This document shows, one piece after another, positions 55,669 through 64,000 of a stretch of 64,000 bases of DNA. How positions within the stretch are numbered: the first letter of the stretch is position 1; each line of letters starts with the position of its first letter. The notes under the pieces were generated by a model. The model did no database searches. It saw only the letters and a program-made list of their open reading frames with translations, and was not told the origin of the DNA. The DNA lies in assembly GCA_041742635.1 (NCBI GenBank), contig JBGSIF010000175.1, positions 52 to 64,051 of the forward strand, written 5' to 3'. Both the position numbers and the translations under genes were made by a program. The DNA is from Phycisphaerales bacterium (lineage in GTDB: Bacteria; Planctomycetota; Phycisphaerae; Phycisphaerales; UBA1924).

Positions 55669-55718
55669 CTTCGGCACATCATCGCGTTGATCGATGCGGC
55701 TCTCGCGTAAACTGTGTG

Positions 55719-56216
55719 ATGCCCGAACCCACTGCCCTACCTCACTCGTCAACCGCCGCGGCGCACGGTGCTTCGCCCCGCGACTTGGCCTCGATCCAAA
55801 TCGCACGAGATTTGTATTGGCAGGACATCGTGCGGGAGATGCTCACCGGCCTGTCGATGATGCAGGGGCAGCCCGCAGAAATGTTCGACGGCCGGTTTGC
55901 GATACTGACCAGGGGGGGCGAGCGGATACCGATCGCGGATGTCTTCCCGATGTTCGCGTGCGCTCTGACGGGGAGCGCGGACGAGCGTGCGTTTTCGATC
56001 GCCGTGGAATGCACGGTGTTTCGGGTGCGGACCCCGTCGGGAGAGGTGTTCACGCTCCCGCTGCACGAAGTGCGCGGGCTGCACGGGCTGTCGCCCGAAC
56101 TCGTGAAGCAACTCGAGCAGGAATCCCTCGGGCGGCTGGGTGGCGAAGAGAACACGAGTACCCCATTTGGTTTGGCGGCGTACACCTCGCCCTCGACACC
56201 GCAGGATCGACCGTAA
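55719..56216 (+). CDS. hypothetical protein (165 aa)
   Basis: ATG ORF with coding-like composition. No motif recognised. Confidence 0.4.
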   Translation: MPEPTALPHSSTAAAHGASPRDLASIQIARDLYWQDIVREMLTGLSMMQGQPAEMFDGRFAILTRGGERIPIADVFPMFACALTGSADERAFSIAVECTVFRVRTPSGEVFTLPLHEVRGLHGLSPELVKQLEQESLGRLGGEENTSTPFGLAAYTSPSTPQDRP

Positions 56217-56231
56217 CCGAACGCGGTCGGA

Positions 56232-56717
56232 TTAGCGGCATCGCTCGATGAGATCGACTTCGTGCCGGTGTGTGAGCCGACGCTGGGCTTCTTCGATCGT
56301 TGCCCACAGCATTACATCCACTTCATCATTGGGCACGAAGCGACCGGGGCCGACGAGGGTCATGTGCCAGTAAAATACAAACTTCGCGGAGCCTTTGACG
56401 GTGTATCGAACAATGTCCCCGAAGGGACCGAGCGCGACATGGCAACCGGTCTCTTCGAAGATTTCACGCACGGCACAGGCTTCGAGGGTTTCGCCCGGCT
56501 CCCACTTGCCCTTGGGCATCGACCAATCGTCATAACGTGGGCGGTGGACGATGCACAACCGCTCGCGGGCCTCGGTTTCCCAGAGCATCCCGCCCGCGGC
56601 GAGGATCACGCGAGACGACGCCGACAGTATCGATATCGCGCCGGGATCGGTCGGTGGGGTGGGGCGAGATGCCGACCCAGCGGGGTTTTCGTCGGCCGGG
56701 GTTGAGCGTGCCTTCAT
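56232..56717 (-). CDS. NUDIX hydrolase
   Basis: Nudix box: [22 protein letters not shown]. Confidence 0.85.
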   Translation of the reverse strand: MKARSTPADENPAGSASRPTPPTDPGAISILSASSRVILAAGGMLWETEARERLCIVHRPRYDDWSMPKGKWEPGETLEACAVREIFEETGCHVALGPFGDIVRYTVKGSAKFVFYWHMTLVGPGRFVPNDEVDVMLWATIEEAQRRLTHRHEVDLIERCR

Positions 56718-56763
56718 GCCTACATTATCCCAGCGGCACGCGCGGCTGGAATCTCACGTCATC

Positions 56764-57624
56764 ATGCACACTCACACCGATTCAAACTCGTCATCGCTCG
56801 TGATTGCCGAGCGCTCATTCCGCTCGCGCCTCATCGTGGGTACGGGGAAATATTCGAGTTTCGATGTCATGCGTCAATCGCTCGAAGCGTCTGGCACACA
56901 GGTCGTAACCGTCGCGGTGCGGCGTGAGCGTTTGTTCAACGAGCGGGGCGAATCCCTGCTGGATCATTTGGATTTGACCAAGTACACGATCCTGCCGAAT
57001 ACCGCCGGCTGCTTTTCCGCCGACGACGCGGTGCGCGTCGCAAGGCTGGGGCGCGAGATCCTCTCGCAACTCAGCGGCGGCGGCGCTGGGGGGGCGGCCG
57101 GGGCCGACTGGGTGAAACTCGAAGTCCTCGCCGACAAGAAGACACTCTTGCCCGATCCCGTCGGCACGATCGAGGCGACCAAGACGCTTACCCGCGATGG
57201 GTTCCGCGTGCTCGCGTACACATCGGACGATCCGATCGCGGCGCTGCGCATCAAAGAAGCCGGGGCGGCGTGTGTCATGCCCGCCGGCTCGCCGATCGGG
57301 TCCGGGCAAGGCGTGCTGAACCCCAACAACATTGTGCTGTGCCTGGAACTGCTTAAGGCCGGCGACCCGGCGTTCCCCGTGATCGTCGATGCGGGCGTAG
57401 GTAGCGCGTCGGATGTGGCGGTGGCAATGGAACTAGGGGCGGACGCGGTGCTGCTTAACACGGCCGTAGCGCACGCGAAGCAACCGGTACTCATGGCCGA
57501 AGCGATGAAACAGGCGACGCTCGCGGGCCGCGCGTCGTACCTCGCGGGTCGCATCCCCAAGAAGTTATACGCGAGCGCCAGCAGCCCATGGGAAGGCACG
57601 ATTTCGTACATCCCAGGTGAGTGA
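56764..57624 (+). CDS. thiG: thiazole synthase
   Basis: [41 protein letters not shown] 56764 is chosen because the longer track ORF overlaps the NUDIX gene. Confidence 0.9.
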   Translation: MHTHTDSNSSSLVIAERSFRSRLIVGTGKYSSFDVMRQSLEASGTQVVTVAVRRERLFNERGESLLDHLDLTKYTILPNTAGCFSADDAVRVARLGREILSQLSGGGAGGAAGADWVKLEVLADKKTLLPDPVGTIEATKTLTRDGFRVLAYTSDDPIAALRIKEAGAACVMPAGSPIGSGQGVLNPNNIVLCLELLKAGDPAFPVIVDAGVGSASDVAVAMELGADAVLLNTAVAHAKQPVLMAEAMKQATLAGRASYLAGRIPKKLYASASSPWEGTISYIPGE

Positions 57625-57625
57625 C

Positions 57626-57704
57626 CTGAGCCGTGCCGCGCGAGTGGCCGGTCTTCGTGTATTGCATGACAAACAAGACCGAGGGCTTGCGCCCTGCGGC
57701 TCAG
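57626..57704 (+). repeat. REP-like inverted hairpin pair, copy A
   Basis: CTGAGCCGTGCCGCGCGAGTGGCCGGTCTTCG...CAAGACCGAGGGCTTGCGCCCTGCGGCTCAG. It starts 2 nt after the thiG stop. Confidence 0.9.
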
Positions 57705-57705
57705 T

Positions 57706-57784
57706 CTGAGCCGTGCCGCGCAAGCGGCCGGTCTTCGCATCTCAGTTGACCAACAAGACCGAGGGCTTGCGCCCTGCGGCACAG
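57706..57784 (+). repeat. REP-like inverted hairpin pair, copy B
   Basis: Same arms as copy A with a few substitutions and a different central ~18 nt. Confidence 0.9.
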
Positions 57785-57827
57785 GCTGGTATACTCAGAA
57801 ATAGGGTCGCACCCGCTCGCGTACTTC

Positions 57828-58274
57828 TTGACTTGGACCTGTTACGGCACATGGCTTCATCATGATCAACGGGGTTCCGTTGATCGTGAACACAATGTCT
57901 TTGGCACGCCTCGCCTGCCTTCCGATGAGGATGACTTGAAACTGGCCGAGGAGTCTCGGCACCAGCCCGCAATACTGCTTGATACGTGCATGAGAACATG
58001 CGTTCACGAAACAATAGTGGAACACGCACAGGTACGCGGCTGGCGACTCTCGGCGGTCAACGTTCTTACCAACCATGTACACGTCATCGTGATGGGCAAG
58101 GCGACACCCGAGCAGATGCTGGCCCAGTTTAAATCCTGGGCCACGCGAAGACTCCGTGAATACTCCTTTGTCGTGCCCGAGCAACGTGTGTGGACACGCC
58201 ACGGGAGCACGATCTACTTGTGGTCCGACGATCAGGTTCGATCCAAAGTAAAATATGTACTCGAAGGCCAGTAA
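57828..58274 (+). CDS. IS200/IS605-type HUH Y1 transposase homolog (REP-associated tyrosine transposase-like)
   Basis: HUH motif in LTNHVHVIV and a C-terminal Tyr helix KVKYVLEGQ. The N-terminal TWTCYGTWLHHDQRGSVDR block is typical of this small-transposase family. TTG start, and the frame stays open upstream into REP copy B. Confidence 0.6.
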   Translation: MTWTCYGTWLHHDQRGSVDREHNVFGTPRLPSDEDDLKLAEESRHQPAILLDTCMRTCVHETIVEHAQVRGWRLSAVNVLTNHVHVIVMGKATPEQMLAQFKSWATRRLREYSFVVPEQRVWTRHGSTIYLWSDDQVRSKVKYVLEGQ

Positions 58275-58275
58275 T

Positions 58276-58354
58276 CTGAGCCGTGCCGCACAAGCGGCCA
58301 GTCTTCGTGTTTCCATTGACTCTCAAGACCGAGGGCTTGCGCCCTGCGGCTCAG
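58276..58354 (+). repeat. REP-like inverted hairpin pair, copy C
   Basis: Same arms, different central loop. It begins 2 nt after the transposase stop. Confidence 0.9.
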
Positions 58355-58494
58355 TTGGGTGTCAAATCGACAGTCGCCGAGCGAACTGAATACAAACTGG
58401 CTGCCGCTTGATGCGGTTTACGCACACTCATCGCGGCCCGCCGGTTGCAGTAGTTCCCTCGTGGGTGTACAACCCCATTCAATCGGAGTTCACT

Positions 58495-61236
58495 ATGCGA
58501 CCAGACCGCCTAACAACCCTCGCCCAGCAAACCCTTGCCCAAGCCCAGCAGGACGCGACTTCCCGGGGGAACCCCGAAATCGCCGGGCTGCACCTTCTTG
58601 GCGCGATGCTCGCTGATCGCGGTGGCGGTAGCGGCGGCGGAGCGGCGTGGTCGATCCTCGGCAAAGCCGTTGAGGTCGAAGGCGGTGTCGAACGGATTGC
58701 ATCGATGACCGAAGGTGAACTCGGGCGGTTGCCCAAGACATCGTCAGGTGCCGGCAGCACCGGACGTGCGGTCATGGATATTCTCAGCAAGGCCGACGCC
58801 GAGGCCAAGAAACTCGGCGACTCCTATGTCTCGACCGAACACCTGTTGCTCGCGCTGACCGACACCCCGGGGCAAGCGAAAGAACTTCTGAGCCTGAACG
58901 CTGTGGATAAGAAACAGGTCGAGCGGGCCATGAAACAACTGCGTGAGAGTTCGGGCGTCAAGAACGTGACCGACCCCGGCGCGGAGACCACCTACGAAGC
59001 CCTCAAGAAATACGGCATCGACCTGACCGAGAAAGCCCAGCAAGGCAAACTCGATCCGGTCATCGGGCGCGACGATGAAATCCGACGATGTATGCAAGTG
59101 CTGTCGCGCCGAACGAAGAACAACCCGGTGCTGATCGGCGAGCCGGGCGTAGGCAAAACCGCCATCGCCGAGGGGCTCGCGCTCCGCATCGTCAACGGCG
59201 ACTGCCCCGAGGGGATGCGCGACAAGAAAGTGATCGGGCTGGATGTCGGCCAACTGCTCGCGGGCGCGAAATACCGCGGGGAGTTTGAAGAGCGCCTCAA
59301 AGCCGTGCTGCGAGAGGTGCAGGCAAGCAAGGGCGATGTTATTCTCTTCATCGACGAACTGCACACGATCGTGGGCGCGGGCGCGGCAGAGGGCGCGGTG
59401 AGTGCGGGCAATCTGCTCAAACCCGCGCTCGCCCGCGGCGAAGTCCGCTGCATTGGTGCGACGACGCTCGACGAATACCGCAAGCACATCGAGAAAGACC
59501 CCGCCTTCGAGCGCCGCTTCCAGCCCGTGTATGTCGATCAGCCCAGTGTGCAAGATACCGTGGCAATCCTGCGCGGCCTGAAGCCTCGATACGAAGCGCA
59601 CCACGGCGTGCGGATCCTCGATGCCGCGATCCTCGCCGCCGCGAACCTGAGCAATCGCTATATCACCGAGCGGTTTTTACCAGACAAGGCGATCGACCTC
59701 ATCGACGAAGCCGCTTCGCGCTTGCGCATGGAGAACGACTCGATGCCGACGGAACTCGACGAGTTACGCCGTCGCATTATGCAGTTGGAGATCGAGCGTG
59801 AAGCCCTCAAACTCGAAGTCAAGGAAACCGGGCGTGACGCCCGGTCCACCGACCAAGGAAAGTCGCAACTGGAGAAAGTGGAGAAGGAGCTCAGCGAACT
59901 CCAGGAACAGAACCGCGGGCTTACCGCGCGCTGGGAAGAAGAAAAGAAGGAACTCGACGCGGTCAAACTCATCAAAGAGCAGATCGACCGCAAACGCACC
60001 GAACTCGAACAGGCACAGCGCCGCGGCGACCTCGAAACCGCCGCCCGCATCCAATACGGCGAGATCCGTGAACTAGAAAAGAAACTCACGACCGCCGAGT
60101 CGGTGATGGACGATCGTCAAGCACGAGGCGGAGCGATGGTGAAGGAAGAAGTGGACGCGGAACTCATTTCCGAAGTCGTCGCCGCATGGACGGGTATCCC
60201 GGTCTCTCGCCTCGTCGAGGCCGAGCGCGACAAACTCATCCGCATGGAAGACGGGCTTCGCAAGCGGGTCGTCGGTCAGGATGAGGCGCTGAAGTCCGTC
60301 TCCGACGCCGTGCGTCGCGCCCGCGCGGGACTCGGCGATCCCAACCGCCCCATCGGCTCCTTCCTCTTCCTTGGCCCGACCGGCGTGGGGAAAACCGAAA
60401 CCTGCAAGGCGCTCGCCGAGTTCCTCTTCGATACCGAAGAAGCCCTCGTCCGCATCGACATGAGCGAGTATATGGAGAAGCACGCCGTATCCCGACTGAT
60501 CGGCGCGCCCCCAGGCTACGTCGGGTACGAAGAAGGCGGCGCGTTGACCGAGGCGATCCGCCGTCGCCCCTACGCCGTGCTCCTCCTCGACGAGATCGAG
60601 AAGGCACACCCCGACGTCTTCAACGTTCTACTGCAACTGCTCGACGACGGGCGGCTGACCGACGGTCAAGGCCGCACCGTTGATTTCAAGAACGCGATCG
60701 TCGTGATGACGAGCAATATCGGCTCGCGCGAGATCCACGAGATGACGGAGCGCGGTGCCGAGGATTGGGAGATCGACGCCGCCGTGCGCGACCTCATCCG
60801 ACGCGGCCCCGGCATGGACATGCGCGGGAAGGGGATGCACGCCGATATGGATTCCGGCGAGTTCGCCGGTCAACTCAATGTCGGGATGCGCGAAGGGTTC
60901 ATGCGACCCGAACTGCTCAACCGTATCGATGAAGTCGTCGTGTTCCATCAACTCAAGCGGGAGCACCTGGCGAACATCGTGGACATCCAACTCGCCCGGC
61001 TGCGCAAGCGCCTCGACGATCGGCAGATGACCCTCGAACTCACGATGGAAGCCAAGCAGCACCTCGCCAGCGAAGGCTGGGATCCGGCCTACGGTGCCCG
61101 ACCGCTTAAGCGAGTAATCCAGCAACGACTGGAAAACCCGCTGGCCAGCAAGATCCTCGCGGGCGAGTTCGTCGCCGGCGACGCCGTCTTGGTGGATTAC
61201 AAGGGAACGAGTTTCACGTTTGAGAAAGTCCCGTAG
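58495..61236 (+). CDS. clpB: ATP-dependent chaperone ClpB
   Basis: Two AAA+ modules ([10 protein letters not shown] and GPTGVGKTE Walker A), a coiled-coil M-domain, and a C-terminal [10 protein letters not shown]. Confidence 0.95.
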   Translation: MRPDRLTTLAQQTLAQAQQDATSRGNPEIAGLHLLGAMLADRGGGSGGGAAWSILGKAVEVEGGVERIASMTEGELGRLPKTSSGAGSTGRAVMDILSKADAEAKKLGDSYVSTEHLLLALTDTPGQAKELLSLNAVDKKQVERAMKQLRESSGVKNVTDPGAETTYEALKKYGIDLTEKAQQGKLDPVIGRDDEIRRCMQVLSRRTKNNPVLIGEPGVGKTAIAEGLALRIVNGDCPEGMRDKKVIGLDVGQLLAGAKYRGEFEERLKAVLREVQASKGDVILFIDELHTIVGAGAAEGAVSAGNLLKPALARGEVRCIGATTLDEYRKHIEKDPAFERRFQPVYVDQPSVQDTVAILRGLKPRYEAHHGVRILDAAILAAANLSNRYITERFLPDKAIDLIDEAASRLRMENDSMPTELDELRRRIMQLEIEREALKLEVKETGRDARSTDQGKSQLEKVEKELSELQEQNRGLTARWEEEKKELDAVKLIKEQIDRKRTELEQAQRRGDLETAARIQYGEIRELEKKLTTAESVMDDRQARGGAMVKEEVDAELISEVVAAWTGIPVSRLVEAERDKLIRMEDGLRKRVVGQDEALKSVSDAVRRARAGLGDPNRPIGSFLFLGPTGVGKTETCKALAEFLFDTEEALVRIDMSEYMEKHAVSRLIGAPPGYVGYEEGGALTEAIRRRPYAVLLLDEIEKAHPDVFNVLLQLLDDGRLTDGQGRTVDFKNAIVVMTSNIGSREIHEMTERGAEDWEIDAAVRDLIRRGPGMDMRGKGMHADMDSGEFAGQLNVGMREGFMRPELLNRIDEVVVFHQLKREHLANIVDIQLARLRKRLDDRQMTLELTMEAKQHLASEGWDPAYGARPLKRVIQQRLENPLASKILAGEFVAGDAVLVDYKGTSFTFEKVP

Positions 61237-61289
61237 CGGCGGTCGAACATGGTTGCGTGCGTGTATCATGCTGCTCCCCCGGAGCGAGC

Positions 61290-62621
61290 ATGTTCGATCG
61301 CAACCATCTTTTTTATGGTGACAATCTCGATTTCATTCGAGACCACTCGGTGTTTCCGAGCGAGTCTGTTGACCTGATTTATCTTGATCCGCCGTTCAAC
61401 TCAAACGCCAACTACAACGTGCTCTTCAGTGAGACCGCCGGGGAGTCTTCCTCGGCCCAGATCCGTGCGTTCGACGACACCTGGGCGTGGGACACTTCCG
61501 CGGCCGAGGCCCTCGCGTTCCTGATGAACGATCAACACACCCCGGCGGCCGTCGTCTCGCTCATCAAGATATTCCACCAGTTCCTTGGTCATTCGCCCAT
61601 GCTCGCGTACTTGGTGCAGATGGCGGTGCGGCTCGTCCACCTGCGCCGCATCCTCAAGCCTACTGGCAGCCTGTACCTGCACTGCGATCCGACGGCGAGT
61701 CATTATCTCAAGATGGTCTTGGACGGTGTGTTCCAAGCGAAGCATTTCCTGAACGAGATCATCTGGAAGCGAACTCACGCACATGGATCAGCCGACCGCT
61801 TCGGCCGGGTCCACGACGTGATTTTCCTATATGGCGCAACCGAGTCTCGCCTGTGGGCTTACCCACGAATCCCCCACGACCCAGATTACGTCGAGACCAA
61901 GTTCCGGTGGATTGACCAAAAGACCAGTCGTCGATATCAAGATGTGTCTCTCACCGGCGCTGGCAAATCGACCGGACCAAGCGGCAAACCTTGGCGACGA
62001 GTAAACCCGACGAAAGTTGGTCGTCACTGGGCCTTGCCCCAGAAGATGCTTCAACACTACAGCATCACTGGCAAAACCATTCAAGATAAGCTCGATGCGC
62101 TTGACGCCGCGGGACTGATTCACTGGCCGACCAAGAAGGGCGGAGTGCCACGGCTCAAGTGGTTTGCGGATGCACTCGAAGGTGTCGCCCCGACAGACGT
62201 GTGGATCGACATCCCCCCGATCAACTCCCAAGCCCAAGAACGCCTCGGCTACCCCACGCAAAAAACCATCGACCTCCTCAAACGAATCATCGCCGCCTCA
62301 TCCAGCCCGGGTGCGGTGATCCTCGACCCCGTCTGCGGCTGTGGCACTACCATCGATGCCGTCGAAACCATTAGCCGCGAGAACCCCGACCTCGCGCCCC
62401 GCCGCTGGATCGGCATCGATATCACTCACCTGGCGATCAACCTCATCAAGCACCGCCTCGCACGGTTTGACCCCAGCCCGGTCTACGAGGTCGTCGGCGA
62501 ACCCAAGGATCTCTCCGGCGCTCGCCAACTCTTCCACGACGATCCCTTTCAGTTCCAGTTCTGGGCGTGCGGCCTGGTCGGTGCTCGCCCCGCCGGGGCT
62601 ACTCCGGCGCAACCCAAGTAG
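61290..62621 (+). CDS. beta-class N6-adenine/N4-cytosine DNA methyltransferase (ends at an in-frame TAG)
   Basis: Motif IV DPPF (LIYLDPPFNS) lies N-terminal of motif I (ILDPVCGCGTT), which gives the beta-class order. Confidence 0.8.
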   Translation: MFDRNHLFYGDNLDFIRDHSVFPSESVDLIYLDPPFNSNANYNVLFSETAGESSSAQIRAFDDTWAWDTSAAEALAFLMNDQHTPAAVVSLIKIFHQFLGHSPMLAYLVQMAVRLVHLRRILKPTGSLYLHCDPTASHYLKMVLDGVFQAKHFLNEIIWKRTHAHGSADRFGRVHDVIFLYGATESRLWAYPRIPHDPDYVETKFRWIDQKTSRRYQDVSLTGAGKSTGPSGKPWRRVNPTKVGRHWALPQKMLQHYSITGKTIQDKLDALDAAGLIHWPTKKGGVPRLKWFADALEGVAPTDVWIDIPPINSQAQERLGYPTQKTIDLLKRIIAASSSPGAVILDPVCGCGTTIDAVETISRENPDLAPRRWIGIDITHLAINLIKHRLARFDPSPVYEVVGEPKDLSGARQLFHDDPFQFQFWACGLVGARPAGATPAQPK

Positions 62622-63128
62622 GGCAAGAAAGGTGCCGACCGGGGCATCGACGGCGTCCGATTCTTCATCGACGACAACAAAGGCCCCAAGCCGATCATGG
62701 TCCAAGTCAAGGGCGGCAAGGTCGGTGCCAAGGACGTGCGCGATTTCCGCGGCGTGATCGATCGAGAGAACGCCGCCATCGGCATCCTGATCTCACTCGA
62801 CGAACCTACTGCACCGATGCGCGCCGAAGCGGCGACGCTCGCGTCGTACGCATCACCCTTCCAAGCCACGGTCGTGCCACGGCTCCAGATTGTCACGATT
62901 GCACAACTTCTCGGCGGGGGCACCCCGTCAGCGCCCAGCGGTGTGACGCTCCCGCGCGGGACCGACGCTGATCGCACCGTCAAAAAAGCCGAACGCTTCG
63001 ACGCTGGTGCCCTCTTTCTTGCTCAGGATTCGACCGCCGAAGATCAGGACGAATCGGCACCGGTCATCAAGGGTGGTGGCGGTGCGGGCCGCGGCCCTCG
63101 CTCGATGCAACCATCCCTTTTTCAATAA
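62622..63128 (+). pseudogene. Mrr-type PD-(D/E)xK restriction-endonuclease-like domain, separated from the methyltransferase by one in-frame amber codon
   Basis: Same frame as 61290..62621. The codons just after TAG encode GKKGADRGIDG...MVQVKGG (nuclease D...QxK core). The first ATG (62697) lies downstream of the GIDG motif. Confidence 0.6.
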
Positions 63129-63143
63129 ACTCAGGATTTCCAG

Positions 63144-63581
63144 ATGCAGTCAATCAACATCCTTCACTGGTGGGACGCCGCGTGGGACGAGGGGCTGTGG
63201 TACGCCCCTTGGTCCAAGGCCATCGATGGGCTCACCGCGGCACAAGCCGCCTGGTCCCCGGCCCCGGGCCGACATTCCATCTGGGCCATCCTCAATCACA
63301 TCTGCTTCTGGCGCGAACACGCCCTGCGCACGCTCCGCGGCGACCGCCCCGCGCCCGATGAAGTCGAACGCCGAAACTTCGAGTCGCCCGACGAAATCAC
63401 TGAACCCGCTTGGCACGCCACCCGCCAGCGGTTCGCTTCGCTGCACGAACAGGTCCGCGCCGTGATCGCCGATCCGGCGGGGGACCTCTCACGAATCCGC
63501 TACCTCATCCCCCGCGATTCCTATCACATCGGGCAAATCATGTACATCCGCGCGATGCAAGGGCTGCCGGCGATCGAGTAG
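63144..63581 (+). CDS. DinB-family (DinB_2) four-helix-bundle protein
   Basis: SIWAILNHICFWRE...SYHIGQIMYIRAMQG (His-triad pattern). Confidence 0.75.
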   Translation: MQSINILHWWDAAWDEGLWYAPWSKAIDGLTAAQAAWSPAPGRHSIWAILNHICFWREHALRTLRGDRPAPDEVERRNFESPDEITEPAWHATRQRFASLHEQVRAVIADPAGDLSRIRYLIPRDSYHIGQIMYIRAMQGLPAIE

Positions 63582-63627
63582 CCCTCAACAATCCCCTATG
63601 CAACGACCGGCGTTCGACCCAACCAAA

Positions 63628-64000
63628 ATGGCGGCCAAGCGAGAAGCCGGCTCGCTGTTCTCGCACGCGGCCATTCCGCCGAACGTTGCAAACCCACTAA
63701 CTTCGCTCTCCACCACACCCCCACCTCCCGCCACCCCCACCACTCCCCCGGCGGCGCACGCCTCGACATCCGATCGACCCATCACCGTCTCGCAACTTTG
63801 TTCGATCATTGATACGACACTCCGCTCGGCGATGCCGGCACGCCTCCGCGTCGTCGGCGAAATTACCGGCTTCAACCACCGCACGCACTGGTACTTCAAT
63901 CTCAAGGACTCCGACGCCGTCGTCAACTGCGTCATGTTCACCGGCGCGGCCCGCTCCGCGAAATTCCAACCCGAGAACGGGCACGAGGTCGTCGCCACCG
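63628..64000 (+). CDS. xseA: exodeoxyribonuclease VII large subunit, N-terminal part (continues past window end)
   Basis: My own translation of frame 1 gives PITVSQLCSIIDTTLRSAMPARLRVVGEITGFNHRTHWYFNLKDSDAVVNCVMF, the XseA OB-fold signature. The ORF is absent from the track because no stop occurs in the window. Confidence 0.75.
   Translation, partial: MAAKREAGSLFSHAAIPPNVANPLTSLSTTPPPPATPTTPPAAHASTSDRPITVSQLCSIIDTTLRSAMPARLRVVGEITGFNHRTHWYFNLKDSDAVVNCVMFTGAARSAKFQPENGHEVVAT

Larger units (their letters stand above)
57626..58354 (+). mobile_element. REPtron-like unit: RayT-like transposase gene flanked by REP hairpin-pair elements (2 upstream, 1 downstream)
   Basis: Three ~79-bp copies at 57626-57704, 57706-57784 and 58276-58354 bracket the HUH/Y1 gene. 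Confidence 0.65.

Noticed and set aside
56551-56763. The longer thiG ORF starting at 56551.
   Set aside because: The extension overlaps the NUDIX gene on the opposite strand and adds non-conserved residues. The conserved ThiG core begins just after ATG 56764.
62619-62621. Reading the in-frame TAG as pyrrolysine or programmed readthrough.
   Set aside because: There are no pyl genes and no recognisable recoding signal in the window. A nonsense mutation or a sequencing error is the simpler explanation, but neither can be excluded without the whole genome.
1-64000. A search for tRNA, rRNA, tmRNA, RNase P or SRP RNA genes.
   Set aside because: I saw no T-loop (GGTTCGAATCC-type) cloverleaf candidates or other recognisable structural RNA signatures by eye. 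A tRNAscan/Infernal run is needed for certainty.

Overview
This is a GC-rich bacterial chromosomal segment (about two-thirds G+C by eye, not computed) with about 50 protein genes. I saw no rRNA, tRNA or CRISPR array. Several traits suggest a Planctomycetota/Phycisphaerae-like organism, which is inference only: a PEP-CTERM protein, three exported proteins ending in a dockerin-like ...GC tail, an LEARALFAG-type N-terminus, squalene-hopene cyclase, and many lineage-specific inserts in housekeeping proteins.

Most genes are ordinary housekeeping: shc, ruvX, nuoD, leuS, rplT/rpmI, putA, uvrC, tsaB, ispD, queD, ppk1, thiS, thiG, clpB and the start of xseA. Between them sit exported or unknown proteins and one two-component signalling cluster.

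The most unusual signals are small structured DNA repeats rather than a classical gene island:
1. A ~107-bp palindromic element built from GGGATC(G/A)A octamers sits in-frame inside uvrC. Four perfect tandem octamers sit in-frame inside leuS, and a remnant lies in an intergenic spacer.
2. A REP-like hairpin-pair element occurs in three copies around an IS200/RayT-like HUH tyrosine transposase gene between thiG and clpB.
3. A second structured repeat occurs 3' of two exported-protein genes.
4. A DNA methyltransferase/Mrr-like nuclease fusion is cut by a single in-frame TAG.

All family assignments come from motifs read by eye. No database search was run.
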